Below, in pieces: positions 34,401-43,785 of a stretch of DNA of 64,000 nt. This DNA is from a virus (taxonomy: Duplodnaviria; Caudoviricetes), in IMG/VR virus record IMGVR_UViG_3300037424_001630, positions 13,533 to 77,532 of that record; one strand, written 5' to 3'. The first letter of the stretch is position 1. Each line of letters opens with the position of its first letter. The notes beneath the pieces are model-generated. The model saw only the letters and a program-made list of their open reading frames with translations. It was not told the DNA's origin and did no database searches. The position numbers were made by a program, and so were the translations under genes.

Positions 34401-34540
34401 TGAAGACGTGCGGACACGGGGCGGAGCACGACTACCGGAGGTGCTCGCCCTGCCAGCGGCTCCTTTCTGCTGAGGAGGGGCGGTACTGCTGGAGGTGCGG
34501 TCAGCTCGCCACGCGGCTCTGCCGCCCGTGCCAGAGGTGA
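34400..34540 (+). CDS. small Cys-rich zinc-finger protein
   Basis: TGATG coupling; C..H...CSPC...CWRC...CRPC. Confidence 0.5.
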   Translation: MKTCGHGAEHDYRRCSPCQRLLSAEEGRYCWRCGQLATRLCRPCQR

Positions 34541-34544
34541 CGGC

Positions 34545-34916
34545 GTGACGGCGACGGCGTGGCTCCGGGCACTCCGCCACACGGTCACGGTGCGGCGGAA
34601 CACGACGAGCGTGTCATCGTCCGGGTCGACGAAGTTCGTCTATAGCGTCGTGGCGACCGGGGTCAAGTGCGCGCTCCAGGACGGCGGCGGCCGGATGTCG
34701 CAGGCCGACGTCGGCCAGGACCCGAAGCGGAAGAAGAGGGCTCTGTTCGCGCCGGCGTACATGGGTGTCCTGCAGCAGAACGACGTCCTGCTCATCACCG
34801 CGGGCGCCGAGGTCGGGTCGTCGTACAAGATCATGCACCTCCACGACGTCCCGGACCCGAACGCGCCGCACGTCGAGGCCGACGTCGAGCAGGTAGAGTC
34901 CGCGGGGGGAGACTAG
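34545..34916 (+). CDS. head closure (stopper) protein
   Basis: HTVTVRR...GVKCALQ...QNDVL...YKI...PH.E pattern and position. Confidence 0.7.
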   Translation: MTATAWLRALRHTVTVRRNTTSVSSSGSTKFVYSVVATGVKCALQDGGGRMSQADVGQDPKRKKRALFAPAYMGVLQQNDVLLITAGAEVGSSYKIMHLHDVPDPNAPHVEADVEQVESAGGD

Positions 34917-35381
34917 GTGGGCGCCACCGTCCAGACGACGTTCTTCGCCGACGAGGTCGTCAGGCTCCAGGGCAGGAAGATGCTGCCGGCTATGACGGAC
35001 ATCGCGACGAAGTACGCCAACGGGGTCCAGCTGCTCATGCGCGACTCGCCTCGCACCGGGCGAGTCTACAAGCGCGGGAGCCTCACGCACCGCGCGTCCG
35101 CGCCGGGGGAGCCGCCCGCGCCGGAGCACGGCGGCGCAGGGCTGCTCGGGAGCGTCAAGTGGCGCGTCCGCCAGGACGGAGACAGGTGGTTCGCCGAGGT
35201 CGGCAGCACGCTCCCGTACGCCCTCTACCTGGAGTACGGCGCGGCGAAGGGGAACCGCGGGGCGTCCGGGCGCCTGGAGTCCGTCTCGTGGATCCTGTTC
35301 CCCCGCCCGGCGTGGGCGCCTGCGCTCGTAGCGCTCCGGCCGCGCATACCCGGCATCTTCGCGAAGTACGGGGGGAGGTAG
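34917..35381 (+). CDS. neck / tail-completion protein (HK97 gp10-like)
   Basis: HRASAPGEPPA...GLLGSV...EVGSTLPYALYLEYG...PRPAW. Confidence 0.85.
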   Translation: MGATVQTTFFADEVVRLQGRKMLPAMTDIATKYANGVQLLMRDSPRTGRVYKRGSLTHRASAPGEPPAPEHGGAGLLGSVKWRVRQDGDRWFAEVGSTLPYALYLEYGAAKGNRGASGRLESVSWILFPRPAWAPALVALRPRIPGIFAKYGGR

Positions 35382-35384
35382 ACG

Positions 35385-35816
35385 GTGGACCTCAGGGTCG
35401 CGATCCGAACGGCGGTCAAGACCGCCCTCGACGAGGCGCTGGGCGTGCTCTACGCGCCGTACGAGACCGTTGTCGTCACGTACCGGCCTACGCGGTCGCC
35501 CATCGTGCTCCCGGCGGTCACCTTCTACGACACGGGGCTGAAGCCGGACGACGTCGTCCCGCTGTACGACAGGTCCCTGCACGTCGACGTCTGGACGGCC
35601 GGGGACCTGGACCTCGCCGAGGGCATCGCGCACGAGGTCAACCGGGTGCTCGACCACCAGGCGCTTGAGCTCCCCGGCGACGAGGGGCTGGTCGCGGCCC
35701 TGCTGCTCCAAGCCGACGACGACCTCCCGCAGTCGGACGCCGACCTGCTCCGGAAGCACCTCCGGTACAGGATGCTGGCCTACTCCTTCACGGACCCGCC
35801 GCCGTTCGGGGAATAG
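35385..35816 (+). CDS. tail terminator
   Basis: LPAVTF...LHVDVW...IAHEVNRVL pattern; precedes tail tube. Confidence 0.7.
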   Translation: MDLRVAIRTAVKTALDEALGVLYAPYETVVVTYRPTRSPIVLPAVTFYDTGLKPDDVVPLYDRSLHVDVWTAGDLDLAEGIAHEVNRVLDHQALELPGDEGLVAALLLQADDDLPQSDADLLRKHLRYRMLAYSFTDPPPFGE

Positions 35817-35826
35817 CGGTGAGACG

Positions 35827-35838
35827 GTGGTATAATAG
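35827..35838 (+). promoter_or_regulatory. extended -10 promoter of tail operon
   Basis: TG-G-TATAAT (35828-35836). Confidence 0.65.
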
Positions 35839-35910
35839 CGGGAGCAGCACTGGGGGCGGAAGCGCCGCGAGCGCCGGGACCTCGGTCACAGACAGAGGAG
35901 GCGCTTGACC

Positions 35911-36816
35911 ATGGCGAAGAACCCCCGGAAGCTGGAGCTGGGTCCGGCCAACATCTACATCACCACGCTTCCCAGGGCGGACGCGCTCATCCTGGGATAC
36001 CCCGACCCGGACAACGGGGTCTACGTCCAGTCGGTCCGCCCCGGCGCGGGGTTCGACCCGGCCGGCAACCCGGTCGACTACAGCGGCAACGACGTCACGA
36101 TCCAGTACGTCGACGACATCACGAACCCGACCACGCCGACGGTCACGGTCACCGAGGAGGCGATCGTGGTCAACATCGACTCCGGCGTGACCACCGCGAA
36201 TCAGGTCATCACCGCCCTCACGCAGAGCCAGAACGCCTCCTTCCTCGTGACCGCGGCGAAGGCGGCCGGCGGGAACGGCACGGGCCCGGTGACGACGACC
36301 GGCCCGACGTCGCTCACGGGCGGCGACGGCGCGGCCATCAGGACCGACGTCGGCTTCCTCGGCGACGAGGTCGCCTACCAGGTGACCACGGAGGCCGCGA
36401 ACCTGACCGGCGCGCAGACGGGCAACGTCCCGCAGGACAAGGTCGTCATCGGCGGCATGGTCCGGGTGATCGTGCCGTTCAAGGAGATCAGCCTCGACAA
36501 CTTCCGCGCTGGCGTGCCTTCGGCGCGCATCGTGGAGAACAGCGACGGGACACGGCGCCGGGTGGACTTCACGGTCGCCGTCGGGCAGAGCATGCGCCAG
36601 ACGCTCGCCGTGAAGATGGAGCTCGTCAAGATCAAGGGCGGCAAGGAGTCGTCCCTGGCGGAGGACAAGATCGTCATTCCGGCGATCAGCCCGGCCGAGG
36701 GTGAGGTCAACTTCCCCTTCGCGCCGGTCAATCAGCGCTTCATCATGACCAACTGGTACGCGTGGCCGGACGAGAACACGGGCCGCTGGGCCTTCACCGG
36801 CGACGAACTGCCGTGA
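35911..36816 (+). CDS. major tail tube protein with inserted domain
   Basis: LELGPANIY...DVGFLGDEV...TG...DKVVIG...V.VPFKEIS; SD GAGGAGG. Confidence 0.8.
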   Translation: MAKNPRKLELGPANIYITTLPRADALILGYPDPDNGVYVQSVRPGAGFDPAGNPVDYSGNDVTIQYVDDITNPTTPTVTVTEEAIVVNIDSGVTTANQVITALTQSQNASFLVTAAKAAGGNGTGPVTTTGPTSLTGGDGAAIRTDVGFLGDEVAYQVTTEAANLTGAQTGNVPQDKVVIGGMVRVIVPFKEISLDNFRAGVPSARIVENSDGTRRRVDFTVAVGQSMRQTLAVKMELVKIKGGKESSLAEDKIVIPAISPAEGEVNFPFAPVNQRFIMTNWYAWPDENTGRWAFTGDELP

Positions 36817-36923
36817 CGACAAAGTAGAGGGAGCGGGCGGACGACTGGCCGGCACCGCCTTTGGCGGAGCATACGCCGAACAAAAGCCGGCACTCAACAC
36901 AGAGGCCCAGGAGGAGGCTCAGC

Positions 36924-37409
36924 ATGCCGCGACACACGGTCAAGCCCGACGAAGGCGATCCCACGGAGATGGTCACCGAGAAGGACGGCGTCTGGCGCAT
37001 GGACGTCGACACCTTCCTCCCCAAGCCCGAGGGGTACATCAAGATCAAGCGGGTGGAGTACCCGATCTACAGCTTCATCGACGTCCCGATCGACGCCTCG
37101 CTCAAGGTCGCCCGGCTCGGCGACGACATCAAGGCCGCCGAGCTCTACGACGAGAAACTGGAGCGCAGCATCGAGCAGATCATCCTGCTCAACCAGCCGT
37201 CCGGGCCCGATCTGCCCGCGGAGCTCCACCTGACCCGGGAGCACTTCAGGGGCGTGTCGCCGAAGCAGATCATCACGCTGACGGTCCTGGCGTCGAGCAT
37301 CGCCGGGGTCCCTCAGAAGGCCGCCGCGGAGGAGACCAGCAGCTCTCCCTCTCCCTCGCCCGCGTCGGCCGGTTCTACGGGTGGGAGCGAGGGGAACTCT
37401 TCCGACTGA
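36924..37409 (+). CDS. tail assembly chaperone (G)
   Basis: Between tube and tape measure; SD AGGAGGAGG before ATG 36924. Confidence 0.8.
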   Translation: MPRHTVKPDEGDPTEMVTEKDGVWRMDVDTFLPKPEGYIKIKRVEYPIYSFIDVPIDASLKVARLGDDIKAAELYDEKLERSIEQIILLNQPSGPDLPAELHLTREHFRGVSPKQIITLTVLASSIAGVPQKAAAEETSSSPSPSPASAGSTGGSEGNSSD

Positions 37410-37657
37410 GCGTCCGCCAGCTCAGGCTGTGGGAGGGTCACGCGGAGAGGATCCGCGCCGCGGAGACTCTAGACGCCATCCTCGCGCAGAGCGTGCCGTG
37501 GATGAGCGAGGAGGGGCAGGTCGATACGCTGGTCGCCCTGCGGCGGATCGCCGGAGTCGAGGCGGCTGACCGAGGGGACGGGACGGAGCGGATCACGATG
37601 GACCAGTTCAGGGCGGAGATAGGCGCGCCGCCGAGGAGAGACAAGGGCGATGGCTGA
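37310..37657 (+). CDS. tail assembly chaperone T segment (-1 frame)
   Basis: -1 frame reads LSLARVGRFYGWERGELFRLSVRQLRLW...GDG* (stop 37655-37657), with no own start. Confidence 0.7.
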   Translation, partial: PSEGRRGGDQQLSLSLARVGRFYGWERGELFRLSVRQLRLWEGHAERIRAAETLDAILAQSVPWMSEEGQVDTLVALRRIAGVEAADRGDGTERITMDQFRAEIGAPPRRDKGDG

Positions 37658-40328
37658 CCAGGCTGCACCGACCAACCCGGAAGGGTCGGCGTTCGCCGTC
37701 CTCGGTAGGATCGAGGTCGACCTCGCCACGCTGAGGAAGTCTCTCGGCGCCGCCGAGGCCGAGGTCAAGACGTCCGGGGACCGCCTGAAGCGCGTCTGGA
37801 CCAAGCAGTCGGAGGATGTCAGCAAGGTCGTCTTCAATGAGGGGCGTCTCCCCGGCGACCGCCCCAGCTCGGGCGGCGGCGAGGGGGTCGGCGGGGGCGG
37901 TGGCGAGGGCGGCGGGCGCACCCCCGCGTCCCAGTTCGCCCACCTGGCCCGCATCATCAGGTCCACGCTCATCCCGGCGATGTCCCAGCTCAACCCGGAG
38001 ATGGGTCAGTTCATCAGCGCCGGCGCGCAGTCCGCCAGGACTGCGGTGTTCTTCGGCGGCGCGCTCGGGGGCATCGCCATCGCGGCGACGGCCCTGTCGG
38101 TGGCCATCGGGAAGTACGTCGCGGCGGCCAAGGACGCGACCGCGGCGACCCTCGACAACAGCCAGGCCATCGCGACGTGGGACGCGTCCCGCGCCGAGGC
38201 GGGCCTGAAGAGGATCACGGAGAGCATCGCCGAGTACAACCTCAATGTCGACCAGGCAACCGGCAAGGTCGAGGCGGGGTTCTGGCAGAAGCTCGTCGCT
38301 TGGACCGGGATCGCCACCGAGGCCGTGACCGGGTCGCTCGACGCGCAGATCAAGAAGATGTCCGAGTACGCCGACACGGTCGCCAAGATCGAGGCGAAGG
38401 TCGGGATCCCGAAGGCGGAGTCGGAGTCCCGCAGCGCGGCGGCCGACATCGTCTCGCGGCAGGCGCAGGGCGAGATTCGGCGGGCGACCGACGAGGCTGC
38501 GCTCACCGCCGCCTACAACAAGTCCCGGGAGGCCATCAAGCAGAAGGGCGTCGAGCAGCTCAAGATGATCGAGATCGAGGCCGACGTGAGGAAGTCGGTC
38601 CAGGCGAACATGAAGCAGCAGGGCGAGCAGTTCATCATGCAGGCGGCCAACAAGGAGCGCGACAAGGCGATCGAAGCGACCAAGAAGATGGGCCTCGGCT
38701 TCGACCCGAAGTCCGAGACGGGACTCGCGCACCTGGCGGAGATCGAGAAGAAGTACGCCGCGGAGAAGCAGCGGGCGGCTGACCTTGGCGCCAAGTTCGA
38801 CAAGAACATCGCCGACGTAGAGCACAAGACCGACCTCGAGCGCGCGAAGTCGAGGGCGACCGCCGCTCAGAGCGTCATCGACGAGGAGCACAAGGAGCAG
38901 GAGGCGCGTGGGCGGCTCGCGTCTGAGAACGAGGGGCTCGTCCAGAAGGAGATCGACAGGGACCAGAAGCGGCGCGAGGGCGTCATGGCGACCGCGAAGG
39001 CGGTCACCGACGCCGAGAAGGTGGTCGCCGACCTCCGCCGGAGGCACATCGGCGAGGTCGAGGGGGCGTCCGAGCTGGAGGCCCGGTTCGCCGCGGACCG
39101 CGTGCACGCCGCGGAGATGTCCGCCACCGCGATCGAGGCCGTGACGCAGAAGTACGAAAGCCAGAGGCGCGCCCTCCAGGCGCTCATCGACGCCGGCACC
39201 GCGGGCGCCAACAGCGCCGAGAAGATGGCCGACATAGAGAAGTCCGGCGCGGCCGATGTCGCCGCCCTCCGGGAGAAGCACGCGCAGGAGGAGTCGGCGC
39301 GCGGGGCGAAGCAGGCGCAGGAGCGCCAGGCGCGCGTCCAGGAGGAGGTCGCGCTCGAGGACAAGCGCTTCTCTCACTTCACCGCCATGGGGCGCATCAC
39401 CATGCAGGAGGAGATGGGGCGCCAGAAGCGCGCCACCGTCGACCCGCGCAGGACGCTCGACCAGCAGGAGGCGGCCGAGCGCGAGCTCCTCGGCATGCGG
39501 AAGAGCTACGCCGACGAGTACTTCCGCTACTACCAGTCGCTCGGGACGAGCACGTGGGAGGACCAGCTCACCAGCGCACGCCAGTTCCTCGCGGAGGCGA
39601 TCACCGGCTCGAAGGAGTGGTTCGCCGCGGTGGACAAGGTTGCGGGCGTCTACAAGAGCATCCACGACGAGGCGAAGGGTATCTTCTCCCAGCAGGTCTC
39701 CATCGCCGAGGCGGAGGCGCGCAAGGAGGGGCGCGAGACGATGTCCGTGGGCGACGTCTCCCGCTACATGGCGCAGGTTCGGCAGAGGGACGTGCGGGCG
39801 CTCGGCGGCGCGCAGGTGCCTCTAGGGGAGATAGGCGCGGCGATCGGGCGCAAGGACTTCTGGAAGACGGTCGACCGCGAGAAGCTCACGCCCGGCGCGG
39901 CGTTCCAGAAGATGCAGGAGGGCCCGCAGGACCAGCTCGCCAAGGCGCTCGCCGAGACGGCCACGCGCACCGCAGGCTTCTCGGGCACCCTGGAGCAGGC
40001 GACCGTGACGTCCAAGGAGCTCGGGGACGCGCTCGGCGGCATGATCCCGTCGCTCCTGGACGCTGCCGTGAAGTCCCGCGACCTGGCGGACGCGGCGAAG
40101 CAGGCCGCCGACAACCTCCGGCTGATCCCGCCGCCGAAGGACGAGAACGGGAAGAACGGCAAGGGTGGTGGCAAGAACGCCACCAGCTCGAACGTCCTCG
40201 GCTCGGCGGGGGACGGCGTGTACACGCACCCCGGGCAGCCGATCAGCAGCAACCTCGACACCGCGCTCGGGCGCAACCTCCAGCTCGCCAACCGGCGCGG
40301 CGTCAACACGAACGAGAGCGCACTGTGA
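37650..40328 (+). CDS. tape measure protein
   Basis: 892 aa, Ala/Glu/Lys-rich helical, hydrophobic patch GGALGGIAIAATALSVAIG, canonical position. Confidence 0.9.
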   Translation: MADQAAPTNPEGSAFAVLGRIEVDLATLRKSLGAAEAEVKTSGDRLKRVWTKQSEDVSKVVFNEGRLPGDRPSSGGGEGVGGGGGEGGGRTPASQFAHLARIIRSTLIPAMSQLNPEMGQFISAGAQSARTAVFFGGALGGIAIAATALSVAIGKYVAAAKDATAATLDNSQAIATWDASRAEAGLKRITESIAEYNLNVDQATGKVEAGFWQKLVAWTGIATEAVTGSLDAQIKKMSEYADTVAKIEAKVGIPKAESESRSAAADIVSRQAQGEIRRATDEAALTAAYNKSREAIKQKGVEQLKMIEIEADVRKSVQANMKQQGEQFIMQAANKERDKAIEATKKMGLGFDPKSETGLAHLAEIEKKYAAEKQRAADLGAKFDKNIADVEHKTDLERAKSRATAAQSVIDEEHKEQEARGRLASENEGLVQKEIDRDQKRREGVMATAKAVTDAEKVVADLRRRHIGEVEGASELEARFAADRVHAAEMSATAIEAVTQKYESQRRALQALIDAGTAGANSAEKMADIEKSGAADVAALREKHAQEESARGAKQAQERQARVQEEVALEDKRFSHFTAMGRITMQEEMGRQKRATVDPRRTLDQQEAAERELLGMRKSYADEYFRYYQSLGTSTWEDQLTSARQFLAEAITGSKEWFAAVDKVAGVYKSIHDEAKGIFSQQVSIAEAEARKEGRETMSVGDVSRYMAQVRQRDVRALGGAQVPLGEIGAAIGRKDFWKTVDREKLTPGAAFQKMQEGPQDQLAKALAETATRTAGFSGTLEQATVTSKELGDALGGMIPSLLDAAVKSRDLADAAKQAADNLRLIPPPKDENGKNGKGGGKNATSSNVLGSAGDGVYTHPGQPISSNLDTALGRNLQLANRRGVNTNESAL

Positions 40329-40735
40329 GCATCCGCACGATAGGGAAGGTGTACTTGAATGGGACTCGGTTCACGACCGACCCCCGGATACAGCGCTCGT
40401 GGCCGCCCCGGCGCGCGAAGCTCGCGGGCATCATGGGCAGCTCGACGAAGCAGGACTTCGGGCGGTTCGCGGGCGACCTGCGGCTGACCCTGACGAGCGA
40501 CGGGAACTTCATCAACCGGAGCTTCAAGGCGGCCGTCGAGGCGCTCATGCTCGTGCGACGCGCGACCTACTCGTACAGCGACTACCAGGGGCTCGAGGGG
40601 ACCGTGGTCATCGTCGACTTCGTGCCGGCGCCGACGTTCATCAAGGACGGCTCCGGGGTGCTCTTCGAGTACATGATGGTCCTGGACGTGGTCACGCTGA
40701 CGAAGCTGGACTTCGCCACGTACACGGGTTCCTGA
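40325..40735 (+). CDS. distal tail (Dit)-like protein
   Basis: GTGA coupling to TMP stop; positional inference. Confidence 0.55.
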   Translation: MSIRTIGKVYLNGTRFTTDPRIQRSWPPRRAKLAGIMGSSTKQDFGRFAGDLRLTLTSDGNFINRSFKAAVEALMLVRRATYSYSDYQGLEGTVVIVDFVPAPTFIKDGSGVLFEYMMVLDVVTLTKLDFATYTGS

Positions 40736-40746
40736 GGGGAGAGAAG

Positions 40747-41580
40747 ATGCCGACCAACGTGCGGTACAGGGACGCGGACGGGTTCACGCAGGTCGTCGGG
40801 ACGACGGAGGACCTCGGGCAGGTCGTGTCCAGCCCGTCCGCGGTCGTCAACACGACCCCGATCAAGGTCTGCCTGGAGAACATCAGCGACCGCGCCCTCG
40901 GAGCCTCACCGTTCGCGGGGGTCGTCCTCCACCACGAGCAGGTCGGTACCAACGACGGCATCTCGCTCGTCTACACGGCGCTCGACACCATCAACGGCAC
41001 GCTGAGCAAGCCGTGGGGCGCCGACGTCGATGCCTTCGACGTGCCGACCGGCGCACCCGAGGCGACCATGACCGGGCCGTACGGCGTGTGGGCGGCCACC
41101 GGCGACTACGGGGTCGTCGTCACAGCGCTCAACGCCGCCGGAGAGACGATCGCGAGCGTGGAGAAGGTCGTCACCGTGTCGGACGTCTCCGAGGAGTGGA
41201 CGTACGAGTGGGCACATGTCCCCGGCGCGACGGGCGGGTACAACATCTACCGCACGGACGTCGACGACGCTGGCACCTATGGCGCGTACAGCCTGATCGG
41301 GCACAACGCGGCGGTCGGCGACGTGACGTTCGCGGACGACGGGAGCCCGCAGACCATAGGAACGCCGCCCTCGGAGAACACGACGGGAGGGGCGGGCCCG
41401 ACCTACGGGACGGCTCCCGCTGCGGTGGATCACACCACGGCGGACAAGACGATCGCCGCGGCGCCCGCCGGGCTCGCGGTGGGCGAGCAGTGGTTCTTCT
41501 GGCTCATGGCGAAGATCCCGGCCGGCACGTCGTCGACGGGGAACAAGCGGATCATGCGGCTGCAGCCGACGGAGGGATAG
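40747..41580 (+). CDS. tail tip protein (Ig/Fn3-like)
   Basis: YGVVVTALNAAGET...W..VPGATGGYNIYRT motif. Confidence 0.65.
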   Translation: MPTNVRYRDADGFTQVVGTTEDLGQVVSSPSAVVNTTPIKVCLENISDRALGASPFAGVVLHHEQVGTNDGISLVYTALDTINGTLSKPWGADVDAFDVPTGAPEATMTGPYGVWAATGDYGVVVTALNAAGETIASVEKVVTVSDVSEEWTYEWAHVPGATGGYNIYRTDVDDAGTYGAYSLIGHNAAVGDVTFADDGSPQTIGTPPSENTTGGAGPTYGTAPAAVDHTTADKTIAAAPAGLAVGEQWFFWLMAKIPAGTSSTGNKRIMRLQPTEG

Positions 41581-41584
41581 GACA

Positions 41585-42592
41585 ATGAGCGTTCTGCTCT
41601 CGGACATCAAGCTCTACGCGGCGGCTGTCACGCCGGAGGACGACGTCGCCACCGCCATCGGGGGCGCCATCGACCTGACGAAGAAGTTCGACTTCTCGGA
41701 CTTCACCGGCACGTGCCAGGCCGTCTCGTCGGAGGCGGCCGACACCACCCAGTCCGTCACGCTCACGTACCGCGACACGGCCGGAGTGATCCAGACGCTC
41801 GTCATCGCCCTGAACGGGCTGACGCCCGTGACCAACGCGGGGTCGATCGAGCGCATCCTGAAGGCGGTCAAGGACCTCACCTGCGCCGGGGACGTCGCCC
41901 TGGAGAACCAGACGGCCGAGCGCACGAACACGCTCGCATCTCTGGGCACCTCGGCGGACGAGGTCGTCCTCGACGCCGGAGCGTCGGCGGTCGACGGCTT
42001 CTACAACGGGATGGTGTTCCGCGCGACGGCGGGCGCCGGGGTGGGCGACATCGCCGAGATCATCAACTACGTCGGCGCGTCGAAGACGGCGACCCTCAGC
42101 CGGGCCGTCGACGGGGTGTACGGCTTCGACGGGACGACGGTCTTCCGCATCTCGAAGGGCGTGTTCTTCGACAAGACGCCGAGCGAGATCATGTACGTCG
42201 TGCGCCTGGACTACGACTCCGCGGCGGAGGCGCCGGGCGGCTCGGACCTCAACTTCTACGAGAAGGGGTACTTCAAGCACACCGACGCGAGCGGGTCGGG
42301 CCTGACGCTCCTGACGTGCTCGGTCACCGAGGTCGCCGACCCCAGCGCGCGGGTCACCTTCGCGCTGGACACGGCCATCAACGGCAGCGGCACGAACGGC
42401 GGCGGGAACAACCGGCAGGTCGCCCCGGTCGCCGGCGTCACGGCGTTCGACAGCGCCGCCAAGACGGTGCCCGGGGGGGCGACGATGGCGCCCGCCGACA
42501 TCATCGGCGTGTGGATCGCTCTCGCGGCCGACGCGGGGGCGGCGGCCCTGAAGACGACCTGGACGCCCGGCTTCCTGGGCACCACGACGTAG
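41585..42592 (+). CDS. virion structural protein, paralog of 19994-20971
   Basis: See paralog; shares a 49-bp near-identical DNA block. Confidence 0.75.
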   Translation: MSVLLSDIKLYAAAVTPEDDVATAIGGAIDLTKKFDFSDFTGTCQAVSSEAADTTQSVTLTYRDTAGVIQTLVIALNGLTPVTNAGSIERILKAVKDLTCAGDVALENQTAERTNTLASLGTSADEVVLDAGASAVDGFYNGMVFRATAGAGVGDIAEIINYVGASKTATLSRAVDGVYGFDGTTVFRISKGVFFDKTPSEIMYVVRLDYDSAAEAPGGSDLNFYEKGYFKHTDASGSGLTLLTCSVTEVADPSARVTFALDTAINGSGTNGGGNNRQVAPVAGVTAFDSAAKTVPGGATMAPADIIGVWIALAADAGAAALKTTWTPGFLGTTT

Positions 42593-42602
42593 GGGGGACG
42601 AG

Positions 42603-43406
42603 ATGGGCGACTGGCCCGTACTGTCGCACACGAAGTTCGCGTCGGACGACGTCTCGCCGTCCACGTACTACACGAGCATCCCGCGCCCGGCGGTGCAGAA
42701 CACGAAGGGTGCGTACGTGGAGTTCGTCGCGTCGACCCCGTTCGACGTCGCCGGGCTGATCCTCGAGTTCCAGAACACCCCGTGGAACCTGGGCTTCGTC
42801 AACACGCTTGTGGACATCGCCGTCGGCGTAGCGGCGAGCGAGCAGATCGTGGTTCCCGACATGTGGATCGGGCACATCTCCGGCTCCCCGATGACGCACC
42901 ACCGCGTGATCCCGATCCGCATCGGTAAGGGGGTCAGGATCTCGGTTCGGTACCAGACGCCCGAGGGAGCTGGGAGCGCCACGTTCCGCCTGAAGATGCA
43001 CATGATCCAGGCCGGGGGCTTCGCCTCCGCGCAGCCCCCGACGAAGTACGAGGCGTGGGGCGAGGACGCGACCGCCTCCCGCGGGACCGCGATCACGTCC
43101 GGCGGCGTCAACACCAAGGGGAGCTACACCGCGCTCGTCGCGGCGACGGCGCTCACGACGCGGTGGCTCATCGTCACCATGGGGAACGGCACGTCCGGTG
43201 CCCCGTTCGCGATCGACATCGCCATCGGCGGAGCGGGGAGCGAGCAGGTCGTGATCCCGAACCTGTTCACCGAACACACGAACCCGTCGCCGCTCGCAGT
43301 GTGGACCCTCCCCTGGTCGATCCCGAAGGGGACGCGCGTGGCCGCCCGCTGCGCGTCGACCGCCAGCGGCGTGACCCAGTACGCCCACATCCTCGGAGGC
43401 GCGTGA
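42603..43406 (+). CDS. tail protein with two tandem homologous domains
   Basis: NTKG(A/S)Y...V(A)..T...DIA(V/I)G.A.SEQ(I/V)V(V/I)P occurs twice. Confidence 0.7.
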   Translation: MGDWPVLSHTKFASDDVSPSTYYTSIPRPAVQNTKGAYVEFVASTPFDVAGLILEFQNTPWNLGFVNTLVDIAVGVAASEQIVVPDMWIGHISGSPMTHHRVIPIRIGKGVRISVRYQTPEGAGSATFRLKMHMIQAGGFASAQPPTKYEAWGEDATASRGTAITSGGVNTKGSYTALVAATALTTRWLIVTMGNGTSGAPFAIDIAIGGAGSEQVVIPNLFTEHTNPSPLAVWTLPWSIPKGTRVAARCASTASGVTQYAHILGGA

Positions 43407-43407
43407 C

Positions 43408-43776
43408 ATGGCTCTATCGGTCAAGGCGAGCGGTACCCAGACGGCCGTCATCGGCACGGAGCACACGCTGAATGCGGGGGCTTTCACTGACGCGGGGGTG
43501 TACGTCCTGACGGTCGACACCCGGGCGATGGTCAACGGAGACGAGCTGGAGCTGCGCGCCTACGTGAAGACGCTGACCGGCGACGCGCAGGGGTACCTCG
43601 TCTACGGGGCGACATACGCGCAGCAGCAGGGCGACGCCGCGGCGCCGGGCTCGGAAGCGTACGGCGAGACGGTCAAGGCGTCCATCCCCATCGCGTCGGC
43701 GTACTCGGTGACGTTCACGCTCACGCAGACGGTGGGGACGGGCCGGGACTTCCCCTGGCGGGTCGACACGCTCTAG
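43408..43776 (+). CDS. small tail protein
   Basis: 122 aa beta-rich ORF in the tail operon. Confidence 0.65.
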   Translation: MALSVKASGTQTAVIGTEHTLNAGAFTDAGVYVLTVDTRAMVNGDELELRAYVKTLTGDAQGYLVYGATYAQQQGDAAAPGSEAYGETVKASIPIASAYSVTFTLTQTVGTGRDFPWRVDTL

Positions 43777-43785
43777 AGGGGCGCC

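Noticed and set aside
31666-36816. Contractile tail inferred from sheath-like domains
   Set aside because: Only short inserted modules; no full sheath or baseplate wedge genes.
19994-42592. Diversity-generating retroelement template/variable repeat pair
   Set aside because: Both copies are coding paralogs, the single difference is not at adenine, and there is no reverse transcriptase.
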